A stretch of DNA of 64,000 nt from Bdellovibrionota bacterium (GCA_044345405.1 JBIJBE010000013.1:17893-81892), one strand, 5' to 3'. Counted from the stretch's first letter, positions 9,992 through 20,558 are shown. Program-made: numbers and translations. The notes: generated by a model not told the origin, from the sequence alone.

Positions 9992-11011
9992 ATGCCTAAC
10001 GAGAACCTCATCTCACAACAAACTTTGAATCGAGCGTCGTTTCTCGCGTTCTTCTCCATTTTAACCGGTTTGTTCGTATTCGGCCTCGGGACGCCGTTTA
10101 TAACCATCCTCTTCGGATATCTGATTCTCCACTACATCGGCACACGGATGCCCAAGCGCCTCGCCGTTTTTACCTTCTCAATTCTCGCCCTCATTCTATT
10201 CTATCTCTTTGTCCACTTCGTGCAGGAGGCGATACGAGCGCTTCCGCTCGCGGCGAGCAAGGCAATTCCAACCATCGTTTCCCTCGCTAGGAGTTACGGC
10301 ATCGAGGCTCCATTTGAGGACCCCGAGGGACTTAAGTCATTTGTTCGTGATGGACTGGAATCTCAACTCCACTTCTTAGCCCGATTCGCACAGGTGTTCA
10401 CCAAGGAGTTCGTCTACGTAATTATCGCCTTAGTGGCGACGACAGGAATATTTATGACCCGACGGATCGATCTCGCTCGGGAGACCTACGCGATTCGTCA
10501 CAACTTCTACTCAGATTTTACGGAAAAGCTGGAGCTTAGGTTCGGAAATTTCTTCAGAAGCTTCCACACCGTTATGGGAGCACAGGTTGTTATCTCTCTG
10601 GTAAACACCTTTTTCACCGGGTTGTTTATCCTCAGCCTCTCTCTTTTTGACTCGCCGATGCCTTATCCCTTTGTCCTTATCACGGTCACCTTTCTCTGTG
10701 GGCTCTTACCGATCATCGGCAACCTCATCAGCAACACCGTAATATTCTGCGTCGGACTCACTCAATCGATTCAGCTTGGTATCATCGCCCTCTCATATCT
10801 CATTATCCTCCACAAATTTGAGTACTTCCTTAACAGCAGGATTATCGGCGGGCGGATTAAGAACCCAATGTGGCTCACCCTCCTGAGCCTCCTCATTGGA
10901 GAGCGTCTGGCGGGCATCCCGGGGATGATTTTAGCCCCCGTTATTCTCAATTATTGTAAACTTGAGGGGTCCAACGTCCCGGTTAAGCCCCCACTCGAAA
11001 GAGTCAGCTAA
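9992..11011 (+). CDS. AI-2E (PerM/UPF0118) family membrane protein
   Basis: Multi-TM; LLPIIG, EY.LNSRIIG and GIPGMILAPVI motifs. Confidence 0.85.
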   Translation: MPNENLISQQTLNRASFLAFFSILTGLFVFGLGTPFITILFGYLILHYIGTRMPKRLAVFTFSILALILFYLFVHFVQEAIRALPLAASKAIPTIVSLARSYGIEAPFEDPEGLKSFVRDGLESQLHFLARFAQVFTKEFVYVIIALVATTGIFMTRRIDLARETYAIRHNFYSDFTEKLELRFGNFFRSFHTVMGAQVVISLVNTFFTGLFILSLSLFDSPMPYPFVLITVTFLCGLLPIIGNLISNTVIFCVGLTQSIQLGIIALSYLIILHKFEYFLNSRIIGGRIKNPMWLTLLSLLIGERLAGIPGMILAPVILNYCKLEGSNVPVKPPLERVS

Positions 11012-11083
11012 GGCACTGAAATAGCTGAGCGAATTCCCTTTTCCCACACCGCAAAAATGGGAGAGGCCGCGTCTTTTTAAAAA

Positions 11084-11101
11084 TAGTGAAAACCTTCACA
11101 G
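11084..11101. promoter_or_regulatory. Palindromic site resembling a CRP or Rex operator
   Basis: TAGTGAAAACCTTCACAG contains AGTGA-N6-TCACA, about 130 bp upstream of the 11231 ORF. Confidence 0.3.
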
Positions 11102-11230
11102 GGCCCCCGCATCATACCAAGTACGTTTCGAGGCAGCGCATTCGTTAGCGATGGCCCTTTGGGTCTTGAACTATCAAGTGAACTTACTCGGGCTGGTTTT
11201 AGAGATAATTGAAAATTCTCTGGGGTATTT

Positions 11231-12316
11231 ATGTTTAGTACAATCGTAACAGATGATACTGGATCAAAGTTAGCGGTCCTGGAAAAGGTTAAATGTCTAA
11301 ATGACATTAACGCAACGACCGACATCATCGTCGTGAGCGCCGACGCCCAGCCTGCCGAGTGGACAACTGGCATCTGGATTCAAGCTCCAACGATCGTTGC
11401 CGGCATGGCTAAGGCCGCTCAATTAGCGGCAAGCAAGCGCATCATCGTGATGAGCTCAGCAGTCGCCTTCGAGCCAGCTGATCTTGCGCGACTTGTCGCG
11501 GAGCTCGACACTCGACAGATTCGTGAGCATACCATCGTAACCGCTCGTACCGAGTCTGGCTTTGTTCAGATCCCTGACCTTAGCGCTGAGCAAGTTCTTA
11601 ACTCTATCAGCAAAACAGATATGTGGCCTCTCGTCGTCGTCGCTACGAGCCGCTTCGCTCTTAGCATGATCGGAGAGGAAGACGCTTCGTCCGCTACCGA
11701 GTACCTCGCGCAAGCGTTGGTTCGCTCAATCGCGGATGGAGATACCATTCGGCACTCAACCTTGATTGACACGGCGATCTCGGGGGCAGACCTCTCCGCC
11801 ACCAGCAAACTTTCGGATGGCGCTCGCGCTCGTATCTTGAAAGCTGCCGTTGACGCTTTCAATATCGAGGAGCTCTTCCCGAGCCACAACTGGATCTCGT
11901 ATAGCCAAGAGAGCGCCGCCGCTTCGTATCACTCCATCGCGGCTCTGTTCCTCCGATTCGGAGACCCAGAGTCAGCTGCTGAGTGCCTCGATTGCAGCGA
12001 GCGTCTTGAGGAAAGCCCACGGTACTTCGCGCTTCAGGGCCTTATCCACAAGCAAAAGGGTGAGACACTCGGAGCGGTAGCGAGTTTCGTATCAAGCCTT
12101 CAGTGCTACGAGGCTCGTAAGGTTGATAACGGTAAGCACTATATCACCTTCAAGCCAAGTAATCTTGAGGTCATCAACTCGCGATTAGTTGACGGTTTGA
12201 ACGCTCTCAACAAGCGGGACAATGACAGCGCCCTGAACTACTTCTCAGAGGCGGTGTTCAATTTCGACCCGTTCTACGCGGAGCACGGAGTCCTTCCTTC
12301 TGGAAAGACCCGCTAA
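11231..12316 (+). CDS. Hypothetical protein: degenerate GT-A-like N-terminus plus TPR-like C-terminus
   Basis: 361-aa ORF. The N-terminal pattern resembles a GT2 fold without DxD; the C-terminal helical repeats (YHSIAALFLRFGDPESAAECL; YFALQGLIHKQKG) are TPR-like. Confidence 0.55.
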   Translation: MFSTIVTDDTGSKLAVLEKVKCLNDINATTDIIVVSADAQPAEWTTGIWIQAPTIVAGMAKAAQLAASKRIIVMSSAVAFEPADLARLVAELDTRQIREHTIVTARTESGFVQIPDLSAEQVLNSISKTDMWPLVVVATSRFALSMIGEEDASSATEYLAQALVRSIADGDTIRHSTLIDTAISGADLSATSKLSDGARARILKAAVDAFNIEELFPSHNWISYSQESAAASYHSIAALFLRFGDPESAAECLDCSERLEESPRYFALQGLIHKQKGETLGAVASFVSSLQCYEARKVDNGKHYITFKPSNLEVINSRLVDGLNALNKRDNDSALNYFSEAVFNFDPFYAEHGVLPSGKTR

Positions 12317-12357
12317 TCTGAGGGAACTCAGAGGTAGCAGACCGTATCTCTAAAACA

Positions 12358-12403
12358 GCGAAAGCCCGATGTTTGCCCCCAGCGAACATCGGGCTTTCGC
12401 TTT
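12358..12403 (+). terminator. Intrinsic terminator hairpin
   Basis: GCGAAAGCCCGATGTTTGC-CCCCA-GCGAACATCGGGCTTTCGC followed by TTT, downstream of the 12316 stop. Confidence 0.7.
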
Positions 12404-12529
12404 GACCTCTCCCCTCTCGGCCCTCCGGCGACCCGCTCAAGCGAAGCTAGAAATGAGCCCAATTTTCTTCTTTTGAGACCATCTTCATGTGGTGTACAAC
12501 CGGGGACGTAGCGTTACAGAATAGATTTA

Positions 12530-14467
12530 ATGGTCTCTCTTGTTGCTGATACCGACGTAGCGACGATATCTTCACTCTTAAGCCTCTCCGTCGCGCTCAT
12601 GGGTCTGTTCGCCGCCCTTATCTGCCGACGCGGCGATACCTCAATTTCGCTCAACATTTGGTTCTCCCTCGCTTTTAGTTCCCTCTCGCTCATCACAACC
12701 GATTATCTTCGTTGGGTATGCGTATCCGTAGGAGCGGTCTGCGCCATCGCCCATCAGCGGTGGCGACGACATCAGTATGAGGTTGTCGCCCTTAATTTCC
12801 AATCCGCGCCACTGTTTATCCGCGCCATGGGCGTGATCTTGATATCGTGGATCCTTCTTTATCGCCTTGACTCAAATTTCCTTCCGCCTCTTGTCTGGGA
12901 AGCAACCACAATCAACAACTTTTTCGCCGAGCTTTCGAGCGTTACGGTATGGAATGCCCTTCGGACACGCCTTCTATGGGCTCAAGGATTACTCAGCGAG
13001 GGAGATCGCTCCCTTCTCTATGGATATCCGACCCTTTATCTACTGAAGTTTAAAAGCTCACTCATCAGCCTCCGAGTAATGTCCGCGCTCTACTTTCTGG
13101 GGACAGCTCTCCTTCTCGCCGCCTTTTGCAAGCGCTTCTTTCATCCGACTATCGGATTGGTTGTGCTCTTCACCTTTGGTCTTAATGAGGCAGGCCTACT
13201 ATTTGGCCGTTACGCCAGCTCTATCGCCGCCACACTCTTCAGTGTCGCTGCGGCACTGTACGTGTGCGCCGCGCTGATTGCGAGACCCTCGGTCAGTAAA
13301 TCACTGGGAGCCGTCCTGCTCCTTTACATCGCGACCCTCGGGTACGCGCCCGGTCGGATCACGGTGCTTATTCTTCTCGGCATGACCGCTTTTGGAATTA
13401 TGTGGAACGAGGCTCAGAAGAGATCCTCTCGCCTTCATAGCTCGCTTGTGATCTGCGCTGGCGTATTGCTTGTGTGCACGGCGCAGTATCGGGCCGGACG
13501 TGTTCACTCGTTCGCGTTCGCCCGAGGCGAGCAACTCTCGATGATGATGAACAACGGCTTCTGGCCAGCGCCTGTATTGGACAAATGGAGGTCTTTTAAA
13601 TCGGAGGATAGACCACCTCACGTCCTCGACTACATCTCCTTCGCAAAAGAACTTGTCACAACAACCACGATTCCCGAGCTGCAACAGCTACTCTCTCCAT
13701 TTGACCAGGCTCCTTCCCGAGCACGTCGATTCTCCTACGACCCCTTGAGGCTTGAACTCTACACCAAGCCACTCTATCCCTTTATGCTTTTGGGATTGCT
13801 GATGGCCTCGCGCTACACGACCCGATGGATTCATGCCACCTTGCTCCTTTGGCTCGTTGTAGGGGTCGTACCTGTGCTCCTTACAAATCGAGTCGACTCC
13901 TACCGAACAAGCATGTTCATTATTCCCCTCTCGATCTGGCTAGCGGTGGGAATCGCGGAGGCTATCAATGAGGCGCGACGCGCTCGTATCCCTCGCGTTC
14001 TTGTCACCTGCGTTCCACTCGCGGCAGCGCTCGCAATCACGCTCCATCGCACCGAATCTCTTCATTTCGCCGGTGTTTCACCTTCAGCGACGGATCTCGT
14101 CATTAGCGAAGTTTCGCCGCGAATCCTTCACAACGCCACCGTAGGTGTCGAGGCCATAGAATTCAGAACACGAGCTCTCACGAATGTACTCCTCTTACAG
14201 AGAGAGCAGCGCGGTTGGATTAATCCCCGAATCGTCATGCCCGAAGACACGTACCAAGAACTGGTGAGTACCGAATCCTCAGAGGAGCACGAGAAAGCAT
14301 TCGAAAAACTTGTTGAGGACCTCACCAATCATAGACCACTCATCGTAGGGCCCTACCACGTCATGACGCCCACCCTAGAGGCGTTGTCACGTCGGGGCTT
14401 CAAAGTCTGGCCCCTTCGAGTGCGTCATCTGGAATTGGCGTATGTTGAGAACGGGGCCCCGCGCTAG
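12530..14467 (+). CDS. Multi-pass membrane protein, GT-C (ArnT/PMT-like) glycosyltransferase candidate
   Basis: Many TM segments; LRVMSALYF...AAFCKRFF and late DSYRT...IIPL.IW patterns typical of family-39/ArnT-like proteins. Confidence 0.55.
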   Translation: MVSLVADTDVATISSLLSLSVALMGLFAALICRRGDTSISLNIWFSLAFSSLSLITTDYLRWVCVSVGAVCAIAHQRWRRHQYEVVALNFQSAPLFIRAMGVILISWILLYRLDSNFLPPLVWEATTINNFFAELSSVTVWNALRTRLLWAQGLLSEGDRSLLYGYPTLYLLKFKSSLISLRVMSALYFLGTALLLAAFCKRFFHPTIGLVVLFTFGLNEAGLLFGRYASSIAATLFSVAAALYVCAALIARPSVSKSLGAVLLLYIATLGYAPGRITVLILLGMTAFGIMWNEAQKRSSRLHSSLVICAGVLLVCTAQYRAGRVHSFAFARGEQLSMMMNNGFWPAPVLDKWRSFKSEDRPPHVLDYISFAKELVTTTTIPELQQLLSPFDQAPSRARRFSYDPLRLELYTKPLYPFMLLGLLMASRYTTRWIHATLLLWLVVGVVPVLLTNRVDSYRTSMFIIPLSIWLAVGIAEAINEARRARIPRVLVTCVPLAAALAITLHRTESLHFAGVSPSATDLVISEVSPRILHNATVGVEAIEFRTRALTNVLLLQREQRGWINPRIVMPEDTYQELVSTESSEEHEKAFEKLVEDLTNHRPLIVGPYHVMTPTLEALSRRGFKVWPLRVRHLELAYVENGAPR

Positions 14468-14579
14468 AGAGCCCCAGGGAGGCCCCTCTGACCCTTTTGA
14501 CGGCCGTGCCGAACAATTCTACTATACGAACGCGGCCCGGGCCGGAGAGAAACACCACCCGAAAAACACACATAATATC

Positions 14580-16748
14580 ATGAACTTAGCTCTTTCATTG
14601 GCTGCGCTCCTCGCCCTCCTCGGCCTCTCTGGGGGATCGTGGTATCTGTGGTCGCTGACCCCTCCCGCTCTCATTCCCTCGGGTAAGTACATCGGCGCCT
14701 GCGCGGTGGGGCTTCTGGTCGTAGGACTCGTGTATTCCCTCTTCATTCGACGCCAACGCCCGCGCCTCGCGGATTTTGCCTCCCCTTTGGTTTGGAGCTT
14801 TGGGCTGGTCCTCATCTTTCTCTCGGCCTGGCTCTGTCGGCCATATAGCTTCTTTCAGGCCCCTTGGTTCAGAAAGGAGATCGCCCTCGCCGCCGTGGTG
14901 GCGTACGCGATGACGTACACCTCGTGGAGACGATTCCTCGTGGCGCTTCCTCTTATAACCTCTCTTTTGAGCGTAGTGACCTTCTTCACCGAGTCAGCGG
15001 GACGACTCCTCTTCAGCGATGATCACGCCATGTTCATCTTTCGCCTTAAGCTCCTCAAGGAGAACTTCCCCTTCATTCCATTCTGGTCTCCACTATGGAA
15101 CGGAGGGTTCGACGCTCGGGATTTCTTCGCTACTGGGGCCCTCAACGCGTTCCTCATCTCAAGCCCGCTCGTGTATCTCTTTCCTATCGAGTCGGTGTAC
15201 AACCTCATCATCGCTGGCATCCTCTTCGCTCTAGTTCCGGGCGCGACCTACGCCGCCGCGCGCCTCATGAACGCGGAACGGGTCGTAGCGGCCGTGAGCG
15301 CTGTTATCGCGATGAGCTCGAGCCTCTTCTGGTATCGGTGGGCTCTTAAGTACGGCACGATCGGATTCGTCGTGAGCACCGCTCTCATGCCGCTCACGAT
15401 CGCCTACCTCCTTCGATTCCTGACGGGTAAAACCCTTTCCCTCCGCGATATCACGCTTTTCGCTCTCATCGCGACGCTTACCATGCTGTGGTCTCCCTCG
15501 GGCATCGCGCTTCTTCCACTCGGACTGCTCGTACTCCCGAAACTTCGAATGATAGTAAGCTCTCGACGACATCTGCTCACCGCCGTTATTATCTTGGCGC
15601 TTAACCTTCCGTGGATGTCGATGATGTGGAAGGTTTCAGGGGTTCAACGCTTCCTCAACTCCGAATCGACCAATCAGGTATCGCGCACAACGCAGACCGA
15701 GGAGACATCAGAAGCGAAAAGTCCCTCAACCTATCGACACAAGTCTGAAGGAATCAACCTCAAGAAGAGCTTAAAGAACTGGCAGGAATCAGCCTGCTCA
15801 GCGAACCCTCTCGTAGTTGTACTCGCGATTCCCGCTATCCTCTCACTAGCGCGCCCCTACCGCCTCATCTTCGGCATGGTCAGCCTGTGGCTTGTGGGAT
15901 TGGGAACCGTCGGGGTCTCTCTCAAACCACAACTTGAGCTCGATCGAATGCTCGTGGTCGCCGGCGTTCTCGCCTCATTCCCACTCGCCACCTACATCGT
16001 CACGATGTTCGAGCGAAGCTCGCGGGACCAATTCCACAGACTCTCCGCGAGTGTTGTGGGTGGATTTCTTCTCGCCTCTCCATTCGCTATTCACGCCATG
16101 CTCACCAATCAGCTGTATGACAAGTACAACTTCGCGGAACCTGAGGTGGAAAAAATTAGTATGACCTTGGCGAACACCGCGAAGGATGGACGAGGGCTCT
16201 TCACAGGCTGCGTGCTCCACGAACTCAGCAACGGACACCTCGCGCCCCTTCCCTTGTGGTCAAACACACCCCTCATCGCCTCAAGCTATGCGCACAATAT
16301 TTGGCGGTATGAGCAACCTATTCCCGCGCCATTTTTGGAACAGGGAGATATCGGCATCGAACGTTTCTTCGATCTGATGAACGTCACCGTAGTGATGGCT
16401 CACGAGCCACAGTGGAGAAAATATCTCCAAGACCGGCCTGATCGCTACGCGCTCAAAGAGCACCACAAGAACTTCATGATATTCGAACGCCTTGGATACA
16501 CACCTTCGTATGTTCTTGAGGGTGAAGCTCGGGACCTCTCTCAGACCTCAAACTCCGTGACCCTCACGCCACTCTCAGAGCGAATCGTCCTTAAGTTTAA
16601 ATATTTCCCCTTCCTCACGGCCTCACACTGCACCGTGTCGCCATTTCAGGTTTCGCCAGACCTTCAACTCGTGGAGCTTTCGAAATGTCGTATAGGCGAA
16701 TCAACCCGCGTTGAAAGCGTCTCTCCGCTCAAGCGGTTATTTTCCTAG
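14580..16748 (+). CDS. Multi-pass membrane protein, YfhO/GT-C-like
   Basis: SDDH motif in the first loop followed by PFWSPLWNGG, many TM helices and a soluble C-terminal domain. Start moved to ATG 14580. Confidence 0.55.
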   Translation: MNLALSLAALLALLGLSGGSWYLWSLTPPALIPSGKYIGACAVGLLVVGLVYSLFIRRQRPRLADFASPLVWSFGLVLIFLSAWLCRPYSFFQAPWFRKEIALAAVVAYAMTYTSWRRFLVALPLITSLLSVVTFFTESAGRLLFSDDHAMFIFRLKLLKENFPFIPFWSPLWNGGFDARDFFATGALNAFLISSPLVYLFPIESVYNLIIAGILFALVPGATYAAARLMNAERVVAAVSAVIAMSSSLFWYRWALKYGTIGFVVSTALMPLTIAYLLRFLTGKTLSLRDITLFALIATLTMLWSPSGIALLPLGLLVLPKLRMIVSSRRHLLTAVIILALNLPWMSMMWKVSGVQRFLNSESTNQVSRTTQTEETSEAKSPSTYRHKSEGINLKKSLKNWQESACSANPLVVVLAIPAILSLARPYRLIFGMVSLWLVGLGTVGVSLKPQLELDRMLVVAGVLASFPLATYIVTMFERSSRDQFHRLSASVVGGFLLASPFAIHAMLTNQLYDKYNFAEPEVEKISMTLANTAKDGRGLFTGCVLHELSNGHLAPLPLWSNTPLIASSYAHNIWRYEQPIPAPFLEQGDIGIERFFDLMNVTVVMAHEPQWRKYLQDRPDRYALKEHHKNFMIFERLGYTPSYVLEGEARDLSQTSNSVTLTPLSERIVLKFKYFPFLTASHCTVSPFQVSPDLQLVELSKCRIGESTRVESVSPLKRLFS

Positions 16749-16772
16749 TACGAAAAAATCACCTGAGCAGGT

Positions 16773-17234
16773 TTAGCCTTGAGATGCCTGCGCTTGAAGG
16801 TGCTTCTGGTGCGCTACTTTATCAAGCACACCGTTGATGAAGGTGGGCCCCTCCGGCGACGCGAATTCCTTGGCTATCTCAATCGCCTCATTGATAGCGC
16901 ATTTAACCGGCACATCTGAACGATACAGTATCTCGTATGCCGCGACCCGTATGATATTCCGCTCGACAAGCGCCATGCGAGCGACGCTCCAATTCATAGA
17001 CGCGAGTCCGATCGCGGTATCGATCGCTTCAAGGTTCGTGAACACGCCCTCAAGCATCTCTCGATAAAAGGGATGGCTCTCTCGAGGAGTATCGTTGTCT
17101 CCTTCGTCATTTAAGCCACACTGTAGAAAATGAGAGGAGAAGACGTCAGCGGTCTCAAGCGAAAGCGTTCCCTGCGCGTCACAAAGATAGAGCGTCTGCA
17201 TGGCCGCCTCGCGGCACGTTCGACGAGACTTCAT
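16773..17234 (-). CDS. nusB: Transcription antitermination factor NusB
   Basis: RR..RE.AMQ.LY, NWSVARMALVERNIIR, AINEAIEIAKEF, FINGVLD. Confidence 0.95.
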   Translation of the reverse strand: MKSRRTCREAAMQTLYLCDAQGTLSLETADVFSSHFLQCGLNDEGDNDTPRESHPFYREMLEGVFTNLEAIDTAIGLASMNWSVARMALVERNIIRVAAYEILYRSDVPVKCAINEAIEIAKEFASPEGPTFINGVLDKVAHQKHLQAQASQG

Positions 17235-17407
17235 CAAGGTTCCTTATAAAACGGTAGCGTAAAGGGTTATGTGGGAGGGAGAAGCCCATGATACCTGCTT
17301 AAACACCTGTAAAGAACACTCCCCAGAAGTTAATTTCCTAATCATCTCGAAAGATTACCAAATACTACTGAGGGCGCGGCGGATGCAACCTGGGAGAAAT
17401 GGGGTCT

Positions 17408-18658
17408 TTATAAAAGGTGGCCGAGCTTATCTCGCTTAGTCCTGAGATACGACTCACTGTACCGGTCCGCCTCGACTACCATGGGAATACGCTCAACCAC
17501 GGAGATTCCAAAGCGAGATAACGCGGCGGCTTTGGCCGGATTATTGGTAATAAGACGGATGGCGCGAATTCCCATGGCGAGAAGCATGTGCGCTCCTACC
17601 GCGAAGTCACGCTCATCCGGATCAAACCCTAGATGGACGTTCGCCTCCACGGTATCGAGACCTTGGTCCTGCAGCGCGTACGCGCGAACTTTGTTCTCAA
17701 GTCCGATACCCCGTCCTTCTTGTCGAAGATAGAGAACTAAACCCGCGCCCTCCTCCGTGACAAGCTTCATCGCCCCATCCAATTGACGACCACAATCACA
17801 TCGTCTACTTCCGAAAACATCGCCGGTCAAACACTCCGAGTGCAATCGCACCAGGGGGGCGTAGGACGCTGGCATCTTTGAGAGATCACCACGAATCATG
17901 GCGACATGCTCTTTCTTTCCAGCGTCATCGGCGTACACCACTGCACGAAAAGTACCGTAGTCGGTCTGAGCTTCCCCCTCACTGATTTGACGCACCGCTA
18001 TCTCATGAAAAGCGCGGTGCTCACGAATGGCTTGAATGCTCGTAATACGGAGACCGTGCTTCGAGGCGAACGCCTGAAGTTCCGCTCCTCGGGCCATCGT
18101 GCCATCGGGATTAAGAACCTCACACAAAATCCCTGATGGAGCGAGCCCTGCCAGGCGCGCAAGATCGAATGCCCCCTCGGTATGTCCAGGTCTTCCCAAC
18201 ACTCCCGCGCTATTCGCGATCAGAGGAAATACGTGGCCAGGACTCACAAAGTGGTGTGGCTGCGCCTCTGGCTCTATCAGCGCCCGCATCGTTCGCGCCC
18301 GTCCCTCCGCCGTAACACCACGAGCGCCGACATCCTTATGATCGACGTTGATAGCGAATGGGGTCTGAAAGGGCGAGTTGTTATTGAGAACCTGAAGGGG
18401 GAGTCGCAATCGCTCGGCGACCTCCGCTGGAACGCTGACGCAGATAAGCCCACGCGCCTCTCTCGTGAGAAACGCCACTAGCTCAGGGGTCACCTTCTCT
18501 GTCGCGAGAATAAGATCTCCCTCATTCTCACGATCCGCGTTATCGACAACGATAACCGCTTTTCCGGCGCGAATGTCCGCGAGAATATCTGAGAATGAAT
18601 CAAGCGCGAGAGGGTCTCCTCCCGAAGTTTTTTTAACCCCCGAAGCTTTTTTAGCCAT
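17408..18658 (-). CDS. ribBA: Bifunctional DHBP synthase / GTP cyclohydrolase II
   Basis: RENEGD, PGHVFPL and GHTE in the RibB part; RLHSECLTGDVFGSRRCDCG, QEGRGIGL and TNNP in the RibA part. Confidence 0.96.
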   Translation of the reverse strand: MAKKASGVKKTSGGDPLALDSFSDILADIRAGKAVIVVDNADRENEGDLILATEKVTPELVAFLTREARGLICVSVPAEVAERLRLPLQVLNNNSPFQTPFAINVDHKDVGARGVTAEGRARTMRALIEPEAQPHHFVSPGHVFPLIANSAGVLGRPGHTEGAFDLARLAGLAPSGILCEVLNPDGTMARGAELQAFASKHGLRITSIQAIREHRAFHEIAVRQISEGEAQTDYGTFRAVVYADDAGKKEHVAMIRGDLSKMPASYAPLVRLHSECLTGDVFGSRRCDCGRQLDGAMKLVTEEGAGLVLYLRQEGRGIGLENKVRAYALQDQGLDTVEANVHLGFDPDERDFAVGAHMLLAMGIRAIRLITNNPAKAAALSRFGISVVERIPMVVEADRYSESYLRTKRDKLGHLL

Positions 18659-18667
18659 GAACGGAAC

Positions 18668-19150
18668 TCAGGAGGGCTCTACCTTCTTAAGGTGAGCGGT
18701 CTTTGCCGCGCTCCCTAAGCTCTCAAGCGCGTCTACAAATTGACTGACGTCGGAAAACTCACGATAGACCGAGGCGAATCGCACATACGCGATCTTGTCC
18801 ATTTTGCGAAGCTCTTCAATAACGGCCTCACCCACAACGCGGCTATCAACCTCTCGAACGCACATCTCTTGAAGCTTACGCTCGATCGTCTCCACAGCGG
18901 CGTCGATTGCCTCTGTGCTCACGGGACGCTTTTCACACGCGCGCCGAAGCCCCCCTCGGATTTTTTCACGATCGAAGACCTCGCGCCGGCCATCCTTTTT
19001 GATAACCGCTGGAAGTGACAACTCAACCCGCTCATAGGTAGTGAAACGGTACCCGCAATCCTGACACTCACGACGACGACGAATAGCTCCGCCGTCACCG
19101 CGAGAGTCAGTTACTGAGCTTTTGTCCGAGTTGCACTTTGGGCAAAACAT
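18668..19150 (-). CDS. nrdR: Transcriptional repressor NrdR
   Basis: CPKC...RRRRECQDCGYRFTTYE zinc ribbon, ATP cone, AYVRFASVY. Confidence 0.97.
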   Translation of the reverse strand: MFCPKCNSDKSSVTDSRGDGGAIRRRRECQDCGYRFTTYERVELSLPAVIKKDGRREVFDREKIRGGLRRACEKRPVSTEAIDAAVETIERKLQEMCVREVDSRVVGEAVIEELRKMDKIAYVRFASVYREFSDVSQFVDALESLGSAAKTAHLKKVEPS

Positions 19151-19171
19151 GGTCGTACCGTTATCTCCTCG

Positions 19172-20455
19172 TTAGCGCGTCAAACGATGGCGATACAACG
19201 GAAACTTCTTGCTAAGCTCACGCACGCTATCCGCGACCGCCTTGAGCTTCGCTTCACTCTGGGCGTTTGAAAGCGCGTCGTAGATAAACTCAGCGACCTG
19301 AGCCATCTCGGCGACTCCCATTCCGCGGGTCGTGAGAGCTGGCGTTCCAAGACGGACACCGCTGCATACAGATGGCGGCTGTGGGTCAAACGGCACGGTG
19401 TTCTTGTTAACGGTAATTCCTACCTTATCAAGAACCTCCTCTCCTATTTTGCCAGAGACGCCGATCGGCCGAAGATCAACGAGTAGAAGGTGAGAATCCG
19501 TTCCACCAGACACGATCGTAAGGCCCTTCTTAGTAAGCCCTTCCGCCAACGCTTGCGCGTTAGCCACAACCTGCGCCGCGTACGTCTTAAAGTCTGGAGC
19601 GAGCGCCTCTTTAGCCATAACAGCCTTAGCGGCGATCGTGTGCATGTGAGGACCACCTTGAAGACCAGGAAACACCGCCTTGTTGATCGCTTTACGGTGA
19701 GCCTCCTTTCCCATCACCATCCCTGAACGTGGCCCACGGAGGGTTTTGTGAGTCGTCGTCGTGACGATATCAGCGAACGGAACTGGGGATTGGTATGAAC
19801 CACCTGCGACGAGACCGGCATAGTGCGCGATATCCGCCAGAAATATAGCGCCAACTTCATCAGCGGCCTCACGGAAAGGCTTCCAGTCTATTTGACGGGA
19901 ATAGGCGCTTCCGCCCGCGATGATCAATTTCGGCTTGTGTTCACGAGCGAGAGTGCGAACCTGATCGTAATCGATCAATCCATCGCTCTCTTTTACTCCG
20001 TACCCAACTACCTTGTAGTGCATACCGGAGAAGTTAACCGGGCTTCCGTGAGAAAGATGTCCACCTTGATCCAACCGAAGTCCCATGAAGGTGTCCCCGG
20101 GCTTTAAGAACGCCTCGAACACCGCTTGGTTCGCCTGCACACCGGAGTGCGGCTGCACGTTCGTGAAATCCGAGCCAAAGAGCTCACACACACGAGCGCT
20201 CGCGAGGTTCTCCACATCATCAACAACATGACATCCACCGTAGTATCGCTTGCCAGGTTGTCCCTCAGCGTACTTGTTCGTCAACGTCGAGCCCATCGCC
20301 TCGAGAATCGCTTCACTCACGAAGTTCTCTGACGGAATCATCTCCAAGCCGTACTCTTGTCGCTCCGTTTCACGCTGGATGAGCGCGAACACCTCAGGGT
20401 CAGATTGCTTTAGCGACTTACTACGAGCTTCGTACGATGGCGTGGTGGAAGACAT
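19172..20455 (-). CDS. glyA: Serine hydroxymethyltransferase
   Basis: SENF, NKYAEG, NVQPHSG, GGHLSHG and [11 protein letters not shown] (PLP lysine). Confidence 0.98.
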   Translation of the reverse strand: MSSTTPSYEARSKSLKQSDPEVFALIQRETERQEYGLEMIPSENFVSEAILEAMGSTLTNKYAEGQPGKRYYGGCHVVDDVENLASARVCELFGSDFTNVQPHSGVQANQAVFEAFLKPGDTFMGLRLDQGGHLSHGSPVNFSGMHYKVVGYGVKESDGLIDYDQVRTLAREHKPKLIIAGGSAYSRQIDWKPFREAADEVGAIFLADIAHYAGLVAGGSYQSPVPFADIVTTTTHKTLRGPRSGMVMGKEAHRKAINKAVFPGLQGGPHMHTIAAKAVMAKEALAPDFKTYAAQVVANAQALAEGLTKKGLTIVSGGTDSHLLLVDLRPIGVSGKIGEEVLDKVGITVNKNTVPFDPQPPSVCSGVRLGTPALTTRGMGVAEMAQVAEFIYDALSNAQSEAKLKAVADSVRELSKKFPLYRHRLTR

Positions 20456-20478
20456 GAATTGCTCCGAAAAATTAGGAC

Positions 20479-20504
20479 AAAAAAGGGCCCTCGAAGGGGC
20501 CCTT
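20479..20504 (-). terminator. Intrinsic terminator after acpP
   Basis: Minus strand AAGGGCCCC-TTCG-AGGGCCC-TTTTTT. Confidence 0.75.
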
Positions 20505-20558
20505 GTAGCGTACCAAATTATCTCCCGTCAGGGATAGGATTTCGTACGCTTGACGCTA

